DNA from: the human T2T-CHM13v2.0 reference genome, Homo sapiens
Assembly: GCF_009914755.1 (NCBI RefSeq)
Contig: NC_060944.1
Length of the DNA: 64,000 nt
Strand: one strand, 5' to 3'
Translations under genes and position numbers: made by a program
Part shown: positions 30,431 through 44,913 of the stretch, piece after piece
Layout of the letters: each line of letters begins with the position of its first letter
How positions within the stretch are numbered: position 1 is the first letter of the stretch
The notes under the pieces: generated by a model
Seen by the model: the letters and a program-made list of their open reading frames with translations, nothing else
Databases searched by the model: none
What the model was told of the DNA's origin: nothing

Positions 30431-33400
30431 CACCTCTTTTCATTTTTATAAACTGGTTATAGTAGGTAAAGATCTTCATCTGTTAGGTCTCGAGGCTGAT
30501 GCGATCTTTACTGGGTTTGCAGTAAAAAGGCTTGTAGCTGCGTCACAAGGTGGCTGCCGAATCTGAAGTCGGTTTTACCTTTAATGGGCTTGTTACCAGG
30601 AGCACGTGTGGTTGTGAGTTCTGTCATGTTTTTGTGCAGGCTGGATTGTCTTCAGGGCTTTGTTTTGTGGAGCAGGCACTAGGGCAGGTTCTGCTATATG
30701 CTGGGCCTAATAGCAGATGTGTGGGTGAGTGTGGCTCCCACTGAGTACCTAGCAGTTTTTCACCAGGTTATCTACAAACAGTGACTTTTGAACTGTTTTG
30801 TGCGAGTCACGAGTATGATGTCCCCAGCTTTTTTCTTATTCCTCATGATTGGCTTTGCCATTCAGCCTACATTGTAGGCTTGCATTTTCTATTACTATAA
30901 AAAGTGGGACAGGGATTTTGATAGGGATTTGAGTTAACTTACAGATTGCTTTGGATAATATGACACCTTATTAACCAAAAGTCCTGCCTTCTCAAAATGG
31001 CTCTTTTCGATCTTGGGTTTTAGCAAGGTTTCATAATGCCCTGTAACCCAAAGCTCACTATATTGCCCAGGCTGTTCTTGAACGCCTGGCCTGAAGCAGT
31101 CCTCCCGCCTCAGGCTCCTGAATGGAGGAGATTACTGTCATGAGCCACTGTGCCTGGATCTCTCATAAAGTTACTTTGGTTGATGGATGGCTGACTAGTT
31201 TTTATTGCTGCAGGAGAATACAAAAGTAGGGAACCCCTATTCCACCACCTTGATAATGTCACTGTCTCCATACATTTCTTCCTTATTTTGTTCTCTTGTA
31301 TGTTTGTGTGTTATTTTAGGTTCAAATATTAAGACCAATAGGCTAGGATTTATACATTGTGAAAAAAGTAAATTAGATAGTTAGTAGATACCCTATATAT
31401 ATATTATAATGTTCACCTATAAGATTAAGTTTAGTGCAGGCAAAAAGGGCTCATTAAAATTTTCATCCACTTTTTTCAACCTCTATCCAAACTATAATAT
31501 AATTTATGCCCCAATTTTTATTTTATCAATTACTCTTAACCATATTTCATAAAATTTATATTTTTTCTTTTATGGAAAAGTAAGGCTATTATTTGATTTT
31601 AAAGGCTGTAATACAGCTTTTTTATTTTGTACAATAATAGCACCAATATTATAAATATTTATAGTGTAAATACTTATTGATTAAAATCTTCCCATTAGAT
31701 TTTAATTATTGTAGTGCATTTTTGTAAAATTGTACTGCCACACACCACAGGGCAATGATTCAAAATGCCTGGTCTTCACAGATGCACAGTCACAGTTGAA
31801 CATTGTAGTTATTTAGAAAAATTCTTTTCTAGTGTTATATCAATGTTCCAAACAAGATATTATGAGTAAATATTTCACACATTCTAGTTTTGCAATTCCA
31901 TGTTAACTGTATTTTTATTTTAGGGTAGGTTCCTTGACATTGGTTTATAGTATTTTTGGTTTTACCTAAGTAATATTTTGGGTGACAATGTGCAGCAACT
32001 TTTAACGTACAGTTTATGTCAATGTGCAGTTTAATTACAATATGAATCAGCCATATATTTATTCACAATTCAAGTTTAACAAACTTAATGAATACTAAGC
32101 AAACTAACGTTACATGATAAAGCCCCAATCAGCTATCTTATACTTAAGCAAATACACCAAAAAATAGTTTGTAGCTTTATTGCTGCTTTTGTTCAAACTA
32201 TGTTTTTTATTCCCTATATATTTCCCAAGGAAATTTCTGACATTGTCCTACCAGGCTAAAGAAACAAACAAAAAGACAGTGATTATACTTTCAAGTAGTA
32301 GTTTGTTTAGAGCCCCAGATATTCCATCTGTAGATCACTATGCTCATATTTGTCTGTTTTAATAAGGCTGTAGCCCAAACCTTACATTTTTGTGGAAATC
32401 AAAGATTTTCAGTTCCATACTAAAGACAGGACAGCCCCATGATCTAAATCCAATGGTGATGGTTTAGAGTGAGGACCATTTCTTGTCGACATGGAGATTG
32501 TTGAGTTCTTCTACAATAAATCTATGGGAGAGGCAGGTTGTGATAAGTTGGCTGCAGGGCAGGGTATTCAGGGCATGAAAAGGACAAAGTCAGAAAACAA
32601 AAACCTCCAGAGTCTTCAGCTAAATACTGATCAGCACATGTATGTGTGTAAACTACAATCTGGGGGAAAAAATACCTGAAGGAAACAGAAAGAACAATGT
32701 TTGAACCTCCCACAGAACCAGGCATATTTGGTGTTCCCACCAGCAACAGTGGACAAATCTTATACTTCCCGGACCACTGGATGGAACACTCAGAAAATAA
32801 TTGCCTCAGTAGTGTGGAAGATTAGATCTAGGCCGAGGCTGCTAAGGTCCTACTTAACAAGACCTCAAAGAAAACCCTCAAAGAACCAAAATCTTTCCAG
32901 ATAATTTAACTACATCCTAGAACATAGCTCAATAATATTTATAAGAACCCAACAATATCCAACACACAATAAGATAAATTTCATGTTGTCTGCCATCCAG
33001 CTGAAAATTACCAGGCATGTGAAGAAAAAGGAAATGTTTCAATAATGAGAAGAAAACTGATCAATAGATACAGAAATGACAAATAAGATGGAATTAGTAG
33101 GCAATGATATTAAAACAGTTATTGTAATGATAATATTCCACAAGAAGTAGGTAAAGGGAAGCTAGAACATGGAAGTAGAGACATGGAAGACCCAGCTTGA
33201 ACTTCTAGAGATGAAAAATACAATGTCTGAGATGAAAAATATACTAAATGGCATTTGAAATAGAATAGATATTATACAAAAAAGGATTAGTCAACTGGAA
33301 GATGTAGCAGTAGAAACTATCAAAAATGGAACATGGAGAAAATAATGGAAAAAACTGAACAGAAAATCAGCACCAGTAGGAATAATATATGTGTAATTGG

Positions 33401-33650
33401 AATTCCTGAAGAAGGTGGGGAGGAGTAGAAGAAAAAATATTTGAAAAAACTGTGGCTGAGAAAATTTAAATTTGAGAAAAACTGTAAACCCAGAGATCTA
33501 AGAACCAATGAACCCCTAGCACAAGAGACATGAGGATGACACACTGAAGTACATCATAATCAAATTGCCCCAAACCAGTGACGAAGAGAAAATCTGAAAG
33601 GTTACCAAAGGGAAAAGGACATTATACAGAGAGGAACAAAGATGAAAATA

Positions 33651-33952
33651 GGCTGAGTGTGGTGGCTCACACCTGTAATCCCAGCACTTTGGGAGGCTGG
33701 AGCAGGACGATCACTTGAGCCCAGGAGTTCAAGAGCAGCCTGGGCAACATGGCAAAACCCCATCTCTACTAAAAATACAAAAATTAGCAGGGCATGGTGG
33801 CACGAATCTATAACCCCAGCTGCTCAGGAGGCTGAGGCAGGGAGAATTGCTTGAACCTGGGAGGCGGAGGTTGCAGTGAGCTGAGATGGCGCCATTGCAC
33901 TCCAGCCTGGGTGACAGAGGGAGACTCTGTCTCAAAAAAAAAAAAAAAAAAA
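33651..33952 (+). mobile_element. Alu (AluS/J)
   Basis: Full dimer with A-tail. Confidence 0.93.
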
Positions 33953-33983
33953 GATGGCAGACATCTGGTTAGAAACAATGCAA

Positions 33984-34331
<348 letters not shown>

Positions 34332-34830
34332 TTAAGGATAAAACGATTGCCAGTCTAGAATTCTACACTCAGCAAAAATATCTTTCAAAAATGATAGTGA
34401 AATAAAGACCTTTGGACATTGAAAAGCTTGAAGAATGCATTACCAGCAAGTCCTCACTACAAGGAATATTAAAGGAAATCCTTCAGGCAGAGGAAAAGTG
34501 AAACCAGATGGAAGTCCAGATCTACAAAAAAGAATGTACAGCACCAGAGATGGCAAACGTGTGAGCAAAAATACAACATTAAAAAGCATTTTTAAAAGAC
34601 AATTGACTGTTTAAGGCAAAAATCATAACAAATTAATGTGAGTTTACAGCACATATAGAAGTAAAACGCATGAAAACAATAACATAAAACCCAAAAGGAG
34701 GGAAATGAATGGGCACTGTTTTAAGGTTCTTATCCTCTATGTGAAGTGGTATAATGTTGATGGCAGCCAATGCTAAGTTAAATACATATACTGTATTAGT
34801 CTGTTTTTGCACTGCTACAAAGAAATGCCT

Positions 34831-35712
34831 GACACTTCTCAAAAGAAGACATTTATGCAGCCAAAAAAACACAAGAAAAAATGCTCATCATCACTGGCCA
34901 TCAGAGAAATGCAAATCAAAACCACAATATCATCACTGGCCATCAGAGAAATGCAAATCAAAACCACAATGAGATACCGTCTCACACCAGTTAGAATGGC
35001 AATCATTAAAAAGTCAGGAAACAACAGGTGCTGGAGAGCATGTGGAGAAATAGGAAAACTTTTACACTGTTGGTGGGACTGTAAACTAGTTCAACCATTG
35101 TGGAAGTCAGTTTGGCGATTCTTCAGGAATCTAGAACTAGAAATACCATTTGACCCAGCCATCCCATTGCTGGATATATACCCAAAGGATTATAAGTCAT
35201 GCTGCTATAAAGATACATGCACACATATGTTTATTGCAGCACTATTCACAATAGCAAAGACTTGGAACCAACACAAATGTCCAACAATAATAGACTGGAT
35301 TAAGAAAATGTGGCACATATACACCACGGAATACTATGCAGCCATAAAAAATGATGAGTTCATGTCCTTTGTAGGGACATGGATGAAGCTTGAAACCATC
35401 ATTCTCAGCAAACTATCGCAAGGACAAAAAACCAAACACCACATGTTCTCACTCTTAGGTGGGAATTGAAAAATGAGAACACATGGACAGAGGAAGGGAG
35501 ATATCACACACCGGGGACTGTTGTGGGGTGGGGTGGGGGGGAGGGAGAGCATTAGGAGATATACCTAATGCTAAATGACGAGTAAATGGATGCAGCACAC
35601 CAATATGACACATGTATACATATGTAACAAACCTGCACGTTGTGCATACGTACCCTAAAACTTAAAGTATAATAATAATACTTAAAAAAATAATAAATAA
35701 ATTTAAAAAAAA
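34831..35712 (+). mobile_element. 5'-truncated L1PA3/4 (ORF2 C-terminus, 3'UTR and A-tail)
   Basis: ORF 34807..35469 matches the ORF2p cysteine-rich tail and carries a 42-nt tandem duplication. Confidence 0.95.
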
Positions 35713-35732
35713 AAAGAAATGTCTGAGACTGG

Positions 35733-36030
35733 GGCTGGGCATGATGGCTCACGCTGTAATCCCAGCACTTTGTGAGGCTGAGGCAGGTGGAGTACGTGTT
35801 CAAGAGATTGAGACCATCCTGGCCAACATGGTGAAACACTGTCTCTACTAAAAATACAAAAAAAAATTAGGTGGGCTTGTGGCATATGATTGTAGTCCCA
35901 GCTAAGCTACTTGGGAGGCTGAGGCAGCAGAATCACTTGAACCAGGGAGGCGGAGGTTGCAGTAAGCCGAGATTGCATCACTGCACTGCAGCCTGGACGA
36001 CAGAGCAAGACTACATCTCAAAAAAAAAAA
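35733..36030 (+). mobile_element. AluSc-like SINE
   Basis: Dimer with A-tail, flanked by ..tctgagactgg repeats. Confidence 0.9.
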
Positions 36031-37453
36031 GAAAATATCTGAGACTGGGTAAGTTATGAAGAAAAGAGGATTAATTGGCTCACAGTTCTGCAGGCTGTAC
36101 AGGAAGCATGGTTCTGTCATCTCCTCGGCTTCTGGGCAGGCCTCAGGGAGCTTACAATAATGACGGAATGCAAAGGGGAAGCAGGCACATCTTATGTGAC
36201 TGGAGCAGGAGGATGAGAGAAAGGGGGGGGGGTGTCACACACTATTAAACAACTAGATCTTGTGAGAACTCACTTGCTACATAGTACCAAGTGGGGATGG
36301 TGTTAAACCATGAGAAACTGGCTCCATGATCCAATCACCTCCCTCCAGGCCCCATGTTTGGCATTGGGGATTACATTTCCACATGAGATTTGGGTAGGGA
36401 CAGAGATCCAAACCATATGATATACCATAAACCATAGAGCAATGATTAAAACTCAAAACCAAACGAAGCAAAAATAGTTATATGTAAAAGGCCAACTAAG
36501 AAGATTAAATGAAATAAAAATACTCAGCAAATTCAAAAGAAGTCAAAGAGGAAAAGGAGAACAAACTACAGATGAGACAAATAAAAAGCAAACAGGAAGA
36601 TGACCAAGTAAAACCAAACTCTCCGGCATTCCACCAGTTGTGTGTGATTATTTAGCAACTCTCTGCCTCTGACAATAATACCTGTCACACAGGGTTGTCA
36701 TCAGAGCTTGCCACATGTGATATGGAAAGCCTGCTGTTTACAGACCTGCAATCATTATACCTTAGCTCGTATTGTTGGTAGCAGAGACCCAGGTCTCTGT
36801 GTTGGTCATGCTGAGAGCTCCCTTCTCATTGCTCTGTTTTCCTCCTCTTTTGTTCCCTTTCTGTACTTCCACTCCCCACACTATCTGGTTGGAGAAGATT
36901 CTCAGCCTCTCAGTCTGCAAATATTCAAAGTCCATGAATCAAATAGCCAACAAATGTATTTCTGTACGTTTATCTGCTACCCAGGGATCCAGGAGAAATG
37001 CTTTCCTTACTGCAAGAAGTCTGCGGCTGCTGATGCCAAGAATCTGCTCTCTGTCCTCTTCTCTTTTCTGATCTGCATATTCTCAACTGCACTGCACTTC
37101 TGGGAAGATGTTACACAGAGACAACTATGAGTTTTTGTAAGAAGATGAGAAGTCACCACTTTGGGAACCATCCATTAGACGTTCCAATATTGCTGCAGAT
37201 ATGGATTCTGGCAAGTTCTCTTCTTCTCTGACACCCACCCCTTCCCCCATTGGCAACAGCAACTTGGGTTTGCTCTTCAGCTATGGCAGTGCCTACCTCT
37301 GGGGAACTGTGACTTGCTTTATACCCTATCCAATAACACAGTGTGCCCTTATACACAGTAGGTGTTCAATATACATCTGTTGAAGGGATTTCATCACAGT
37401 TAAATCTGTGGAGAGTTCAGCAGATAAGTGAGTTGCTCAAGATGGTCAGAGGC

Positions 37454-37827
37454 TATCTTATTCCATTTGGGCTGCTGTAACAAAATACCTTAGCCTAGGG
37501 GGCTTATAAGCAGCAGAAATTTATGTCTCATAGGTCTGGATGCTGGCAAGTGGAAGGTCAAGGTATTGACAGATTGGGTGTCTGTTGAGGACCTGTTCCT
37601 TATAGAGGGCACCTCCTAGCTGTGTCCTCAAATGGTGGAAGAAGAGAACAAGCTCCCTTGGCTTCCTTTTACAAGGCCACTTCATGGGCTTCAAGGTCAT
37701 TCATGGGCTCTTTGCTTTCATGGTGAAATCACTTCCTAAAGTCTTTGCCTCCTAATTCAAACCTAACCTATCAGGGGTTAGGTTTCAACACACGGATTTT
37801 AGGGGCACCCAAACATTGACTATAACA
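37454..37827 (-). mobile_element. MLT1A-like MaLR LTR
   Basis: tatcttattccatttgggctgctgtaacaaaatacc...ctataaca; flanks gaggc and gagac. Confidence 0.8.
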
Positions 37828-39750
37828 GAGACGTAGCTGGACCTGGGTCTGGGACCTACTGGGTCCAGCTCCCATATGACACTCACACTGCACATGGCCT
37901 CCCCATGGTGTGATTCTGTTCTGTGACATTGTGCCCATGAGGCAGGGATGCAGTAGAGGCCTCTGCAGACATGGTTTGTTCTTGGGACGTCTGCCTGGCT
38001 TTGTGCCACAGGCCTGGAGGAATCCACCAGCTGCCCACTCTCATTCCTGACTCAGGTTCGTGGGTCCCTCCAGGCACATGTCAGACAGCCCACTCAATTT
38101 TTTACTTGCCCCACCTCCCTGGGTTCCCTTCTGAACTCAGGGAACAAGGAGGGAGCTGAGAGTCTCTGTTTTTAGTTCATGCTCTTGTCTCCTATTTGGG
38201 AACAATGCCCAGGCAAGGGGATCACTTTCCTACTGTTTTCTAAGAATATCAGGGGCTTCCTCCAAACTCCTCACCCACTCTCTCCATAATCCCTTCTCCT
38301 TTGGGGACACAGGGCACAAGCCCACCTCCTGTGTGAAGATCCTGCCACAGGGTGGCTCTTTGGTTTTCTGCGGGTATCCAGACAAGAGGCTAAAGGTGAA
38401 TGCACTCCGGAATCCAGGAGCACTGGCGGTTTTCTCTCCTTAGCTCAGAGAGCATCCCCACAGATACCCCTCGCCCCACCCCGGGCCCCCTGAATCCATA
38501 CCATAAAATGTATGTCAGTTTGTTCAACTAAGGACCGCACTGAGTATTTAATCCCTATTTAAAGATGATGTTTATTTTATTTTTGAGTTTAAATTAATCA
38601 GCCTCAGGATACAGAATTAGATAAGGCCGGGATTTAGCTCCCCTAGAATGATTCATTTCACATCGAGCCTTCTTAACTCTTTGGCTGCAGAGGGGAAATG
38701 CCTGTATCTTTCTCTGCAGAGTTGCCTAGGGCTGGCCAGGTGAACAGACATGCTACCTCCTCCCCATCCTGCCAGCCAGGGCACGGTGTGTGCTTATGAT
38801 GCAGGGAGTTAGAATACTAGCCTTTTCATCACAACAGTCATAAATCCTCACACAGGGAAATAGAGATAATATACAAGTAGGAAAAAAAGAAAAAGAAGCA
38901 GTCTTGAATTCTGCTTCCTAAAGATAACCATCGTTACCATGTAGGCAAGTTTCCTTTCATGCTGTGTCAAGTGTTTAAAAAATATGGCTCAATATTACAA
39001 ACACACAGGACTATGTAGAGGATAATGATATCAAACTTTCATGTACCTCCCAGTTAAAATTCAAACGTGGTAGCTTTTGGATGCATTTGCTCCAGAGTTT
39101 AAGGGAAGAAAACTACGGATTCAGCCATAATGTTCATGCTGACGCTCAAGTTATATGTCCCTTTTCTAGTCCAGTTACCGCCTCCCTCCCCACTATTCTG
39201 AAGTCAATGTGTGTCTTCCCATCCATGTTTAATACCTAGTGTGCATGTCCATGAAGAATGGATAGTGTTCTTTGGTCTGTTTTTGCAATTTTATACAAAT
39301 AGCAGTCCATACATACTCTCCTGAAAGTTGCTTTTCCCCTCAACAATATCTTCCAGATGAATCTAGAATTCTGCGTTTCTGGTGAGCAAAGGATGCGCGA
39401 CCCCCCCTGCAACCCCCACCCCAAGGTGATGCCGATGTTCTGGTCCAAGGCCTGCACGTAGCCTCGTAGGGCTTGGGGTCTTGGGAAAGGTCTGTTGTCA
39501 GCCCTTCCTTCCAAGGAAGCACAGCCAGATGACCTTGGGGCTGGAGACCTCACAATGCCCCTCGCCAGCAGTGCGCACATCCATCTTCACTCATCTTCAT
39601 CAATATTTGTTATCTTACTTTCTGATATTGTTCCTGGATTTTGCTATGCAGCTGAATGCGTGCCTTGTGTTTCCCAGTCCTTCGGGTCTCCTCCTCTGTG
39701 AATTGCTCCTGGCCCATATGTCTGTTGGGTCTTTGGTTTCTCCTTGCTGA

Positions 39751-40053
<303 letters not shown>

Positions 40054-40132
40054 CAATTTTGATTTTAATGATCTGGATATCAATGCTTTTTTGGCCAAAT
40101 GTCTTACAAATATGTTTTCCCTACTGGTGCAC

Positions 40133-40486
40133 TGTATTAGTCCATTTTCACACTGCCGATAAAGACATACCCCAGGCTGGGAAGAAAAAGAGGTTTAATA
40201 GGACTTACAGTTTCACATGACTGAAGAGGCCTCAGAATCATGGTGGGAGGTGAAAGGCACTTCTTACATGGCAGTGGCCAGAGAAAAATGAGGACGATGC
40301 AAAAGTGGAACCCCCTGATAAAACCGTCAGATCTCATGAGACTTATTCACTACCAGGAGGACAGTATGGGGAACCGCCCCCATGATTCTAATTATCTCCC
40401 ACCAGGTCCCTCCCACGACACAGGAGAATTATGGGAGGACAATTCAAGATGAGACTTGGGTGGGTACACACAGCCAAACCATATCA
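40133..40486 (-). mobile_element. THE1 (MaLR) solo LTR
   Basis: tgtattagtccattttcacactgccgataaagacatacc...cagccaaaccatatca, 354 bp, with a perfect TGCAC TSD. Confidence 0.95.
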
Positions 40487-40739
40487 TGCACTGTCTTTGT
40501 CTTTTAACTTTATTCATCACCTCTTTTGTCAGATCAAAGTTTCTACATTTAATACAATTGAATTTATCAGTAATTTCTTTTATGGTGTCTGTGTTTTGTG
40601 TCATATTAAAAAAAGTTTTTCTCTGCTTAGTGTCATAAAATCTGTCCTCTGTTTTCTTCTAAAAATTGGAAATCTGCTTTTCACATTTTGTTTTATTTCC
40701 TTTGTTCTTTGATTCATAGGGATGTGAGGTAGAAATCTC

Positions 40740-41080
40740 TATTAGTTAACTCTTGCTTTGTAACAAGTAACCCCACACCTCAGACGCCTATGACCATAGG
40801 CCACTATTTCTCACTCATGAGCATGGGTTGCTTGGGAGGTTTCAGCTCGAACTGTGGTGGCTGAGCTGGATCTGCTCCAAGTGTCTCTGATCCTCCTGGG
40901 GTTGGGGCCTGCCAGGGTGCCTTCTTCTCATGGCAATGACAGGAGTGCAAAGAACAAAGGGAAATGTGAAGGTCTCTTATCTTACCACCCAGGCTCAGAA
41001 TGGGCAGACTACCACTTTACCACATCCATTCACCAAAGTGGGTCACGTGGCCAAACCAGAAGTCAAGGGCGGGAAGTTTA
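40740..41080 (-). mobile_element. Old MLT1-like LTR fragment
   Basis: Degenerate motifs (tatttctcactcatg; gtcacgtggccaaaccagaagtcaaggg). Confidence 0.55.
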
Positions 41081-42226
41081 ATATGAATCCCATCTCCACG
41101 TGCTATGATTTCGTGGACTTTCAACTTCTTAAGGCTGAATTGTTTTATTCTCACCTCCCCAGACTGCAGAAAACACATTTTCTCTAGGACTCCTTGAGCC
41201 ACAGGGCAGAATGATTTTAGTTGACAAGGACTAGATAGAACTCAAGGCTCCAGCCTCTGTGCAGTGGACAGGTGTCATTTGGCCACTGAGGCCAGTTCCT
41301 TCCCCTTGTCCCCATCTAGGGCCTCTGTTCTGCTCCAATCTCCCTGTCCTTCTGCCCAGACCTTCCAGGAATCAGCCTTTTAATAGTTCCTGTCTTCTTT
41401 CCCTCTCTTCACTTCTATTATGTGAGAGTTTCCATCCTTATTTGGTATAGGAGGACTGGACTGAGTCAACTCAGCCTGTCACATCCCCACTCTCAGCACC
41501 TGGGTACCCCTTAGTGTTCAGCATGAGTGGGGTCCCCCGGTGTCTCCCTCCACAGCACGTTCTGAAGGCCTGGGAGCTGGACTGACATTTGGGACACCAA
41601 AACCTTTGTTCCACTTCTGCCATGACAGCTTCATTTGTCCAGGCAAATCATGGCAGCTCTCAATGCCTCATTTTTTTATTCCTCACACAATGGAATGACA
41701 TAACCCTCAGTGCTTACCTAAGGGAGGAGAAATGATTCCCCTGCCTTCTCCCCATTTCTGCATTTGCCAGAGCATCAGATTTTTGTGTCTGGCCAAGAAT
41801 ATAGGGAAGGAAGAGCAGGTAAGCTTTGGGCACAAAGAGGGCGTTTAGGGGTTTCACTTAAGGAAAGAAAGTCAGGGGGCAGAGAGGGGTGGTGGAGCAT
41901 GATCTTGGGCCAATGGTGAGGAACTAATGAAGTGCAATGTACATGGGTTAGGTTGTGTAGCAGCCTGGGTCCCATCAAGAAATAGAAACCACATAGTGGG
42001 TCTAACAGGGAAGTGTAGTATAAAGGATTGCAACTATGATAAAAGAGTCACTGTAAGACTTAAAGCAACTCTGCCTGGTGCCCTAGTGCAGAGGGAGGTA
42101 CCCAAGGAAGCACAGATTTGAAAGGTGTTCAGATATTATAAAATGTGGTTCAGCCACCACATGAGACGTTTGTGGATTTGGGCAGGCTGGAGCTAGTCAG
42201 CAGCTTTTGCACAAGCACTAGGCCAC

Positions 42227-42408
42227 CCACTGGAATGCAGGTGAGGGAGTCGGCCGTGAGCCGCTGGAGTGCAGGGGAGGGAGCCTGCTGTGAGCCGCTG
42301 GTGCAGGTGAGGTAGCCGGCCGTGAGCTGCTGGAATGCAGGGGAGGGAGCAGGCCGAGAGCCGCTGGAGTGCAGGTGAGGGAGCTGGCAGTGAGCCGCTG
42401 GTGCAGGG
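42227..42408. repeat. 32-34 bp GC-rich minisatellite, about 5.4 copies
   Basis: Units of ccgctggagtgcaggtgagggagccggccgtgag start at 42227, 42261, 42295, 42327, 42361 and 42395. Confidence 0.92.
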
Positions 42409-43026
42409 ATGCATGGCGGGAGTCTGGCTGCCTTTGTAGGGCAGGAAGCCTCCAGAATGCGTGAGTCCCACAGGGTCTGGCAGGAGGAATGGCAGCTCTG
42501 TGCGGACCCGCTAGAATACAGGTCACTGTGTGCAGGTTAACACAAGGGGTACAAGAGGGGGTCTGGGAAACTTTTCAGGAACTTTCAGATCACATGGGCC
42601 CTGCTGCGTTTTGGTTTCCATGTCGAGATGTTGCAAGCCAAGGCTACAAGGTGGCTGAGGGACCACGCCTAAGTCTGTGGTTGGGGCTTGAACATGATCA
42701 AGGCCCAGCCAGAGAGCTCCTGCCCCCTGCAGTCTCTCCATCCTCTACCTAGATGCCTGCAGAATGTTCACTTCCAGAGGGTATATTGAACAGTGTTTCC
42801 CAGTTTATCACAGTGCACGTATTGAAAGGTGAACTAGGAGCTGGGAGGCAACAGACTGAAAACTGACACTGGAGACGCTGGCTCATAGCAACGAAGAGAA
42901 GCTGAAAAGGAGTGGGAAGGAACTAACTGTAATTTTACATCAATGATCTGCATCTTTGTTTCGATGGCTTGTGGCAACCAAAATGACTATTTTTTCTACC
43001 CTCCTAGTTCAGACATAGCCTGAGAC

Positions 43027-43330
<304 letters not shown>

Positions 43331-43556
43331 GCCTGAGACATTTTGGGCAACATCTGTGACAGAAGAAATGTGCATCCTTTCCGGGCAGGGGATTTAAGAA
43401 GTGGCTCATGGCTGATTATGTTTTCTTTGCTCTGTTTCTGGAACTGTGGGAGCATCTTCTGGGATAAGGGTCTATCTGTTTGAGTCTCTGAATGACTACG
43501 ACCACCAGAGCCCCCTTGTTGACCCGTAATGGATGTGAAATCAATTGAGAAGTCAA

Positions 43557-43921
<365 letters not shown>

Positions 43922-43939
43922 TTACATGACTCATTTCAT

Positions 43940-44085
43940 CCTTGGCACAGCCCCTGAGAGAAGGGGCTTTATCCTCATTTAACAAATGAAGAATCAAGTC
44001 TCAGAGAGGTTAGCAGCATGAGCAAGCTCACACAGCGAGAGGTGGAGCTTGGATTTGAATCCAGGTCTGTCTAACCTCAAAGACT
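43940..44085. mobile_element. MIR fragment
   Basis: ctcatttaacaaatgaagaatcaagtctcagagaggtta..ggatttgaatccaggtctgtct. Confidence 0.8.
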
Positions 44086-44125
44086 GAAGTGGGGATGAAA
44101 ATAAGTTGTCATTGTTGTTTGCCTG

Positions 44126-44225
44126 TCACCCAGGTGATGTAACTCTTGTCTAGGCTTTTCCTACGGAGGCTTTGTGACATATCTCTGCACTGATCAGCCA
44201 GGTGATGGGACTCTTGTCTAGGCTC
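44126..44225. repeat. Beta-satellite (68-bp Sau3A family), 1.5 monomers
   Basis: tcacccaggtgatgtaactcttgtctaggct..tttgtgacatatctctgcactga; the second unit starts at 44194 (period 68). Confidence 0.9.
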
Positions 44226-44502
44226 TTCTATCCTTGGATTGTAACCTTGCAGGATCTTGAACTCATATCCTTTCAGGGATCATAGAAGTGAACACATCAA
44301 AGCTGCCATGATAAAGTTGTGGAAAAGTGGGCAATATTGCCAAATGCAAAATATCTGGGCTACATTTTGTCTGAGATCACCATTTGAGATTCCTGGAAGT
44401 TAGGGAATATGGAGGCCAACTCCCGTAGGGATGTTGTATAAGACTCCAAGCCGTAAGTCAATGATCTCAACCCTGTGGATCAGCACTCTCCATGTAATGG
44501 GT

Positions 44503-44913
44503 CATCTTAACCCATTTTGTGCTGGTATAACAGAATACCATAGACTAGGGAATCCATAAAGAAAAGAAATTTATTTCTTAGAGTTCTGGAAGCTAGGAAG
44601 TCCAAGGATGAGGGGTCTACATCTGGTGAGGGCTTTCTTGCTGTGTCATCTCATGGCTGAAGTCAGCAGAGCAAGACTTTGAGAAAGAGAGAGAGCAAAA
44701 GAGGCTGAACTTGCTTTTAATACAAGCCCACTCCCAAGATAACTAACCCAACCCCAAGATAACTAACCTATTCTCGAGATAGTGACATTAATCCATGCAT
44801 GGGGGCAGAATCTCATAACCCAATCAGTCTTATTAGGCCCCACCTCTCAACACTGTCACGTAGAGGATTAAGTTTCCAACACTTGAGCTCCGGCGGACAC
44901 ATGCAGACCATAT
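44503..44913 (-). mobile_element. MST-family MaLR LTR
   Basis: ttgtgctggtataacagaataccatagact..ggattaagtttccaacac..cagaccata. Confidence 0.82.

Larger units (their letters stand above)
34792..36420 (-). mobile_element. MSTA-like MaLR solo LTR interrupted by an L1 3' fragment and an Alu
   Basis: tgtattagtc...ccaaaccatatga; TSD TATAC at 34787-34791 and 36421-36425. Confidence 0.88.

Noticed and set aside
36708-37383. 140-aa and neighbouring ORFs in apparently non-repetitive DNA
   Set aside because: No recognisable homology, non-ATG starts in the longer ORFs, and no clear exon structure; a BLAST search would be needed.
42227-42408. CRISPR-like array
   Set aside because: Contiguous degenerate units with no unique spacers, in primate DNA.
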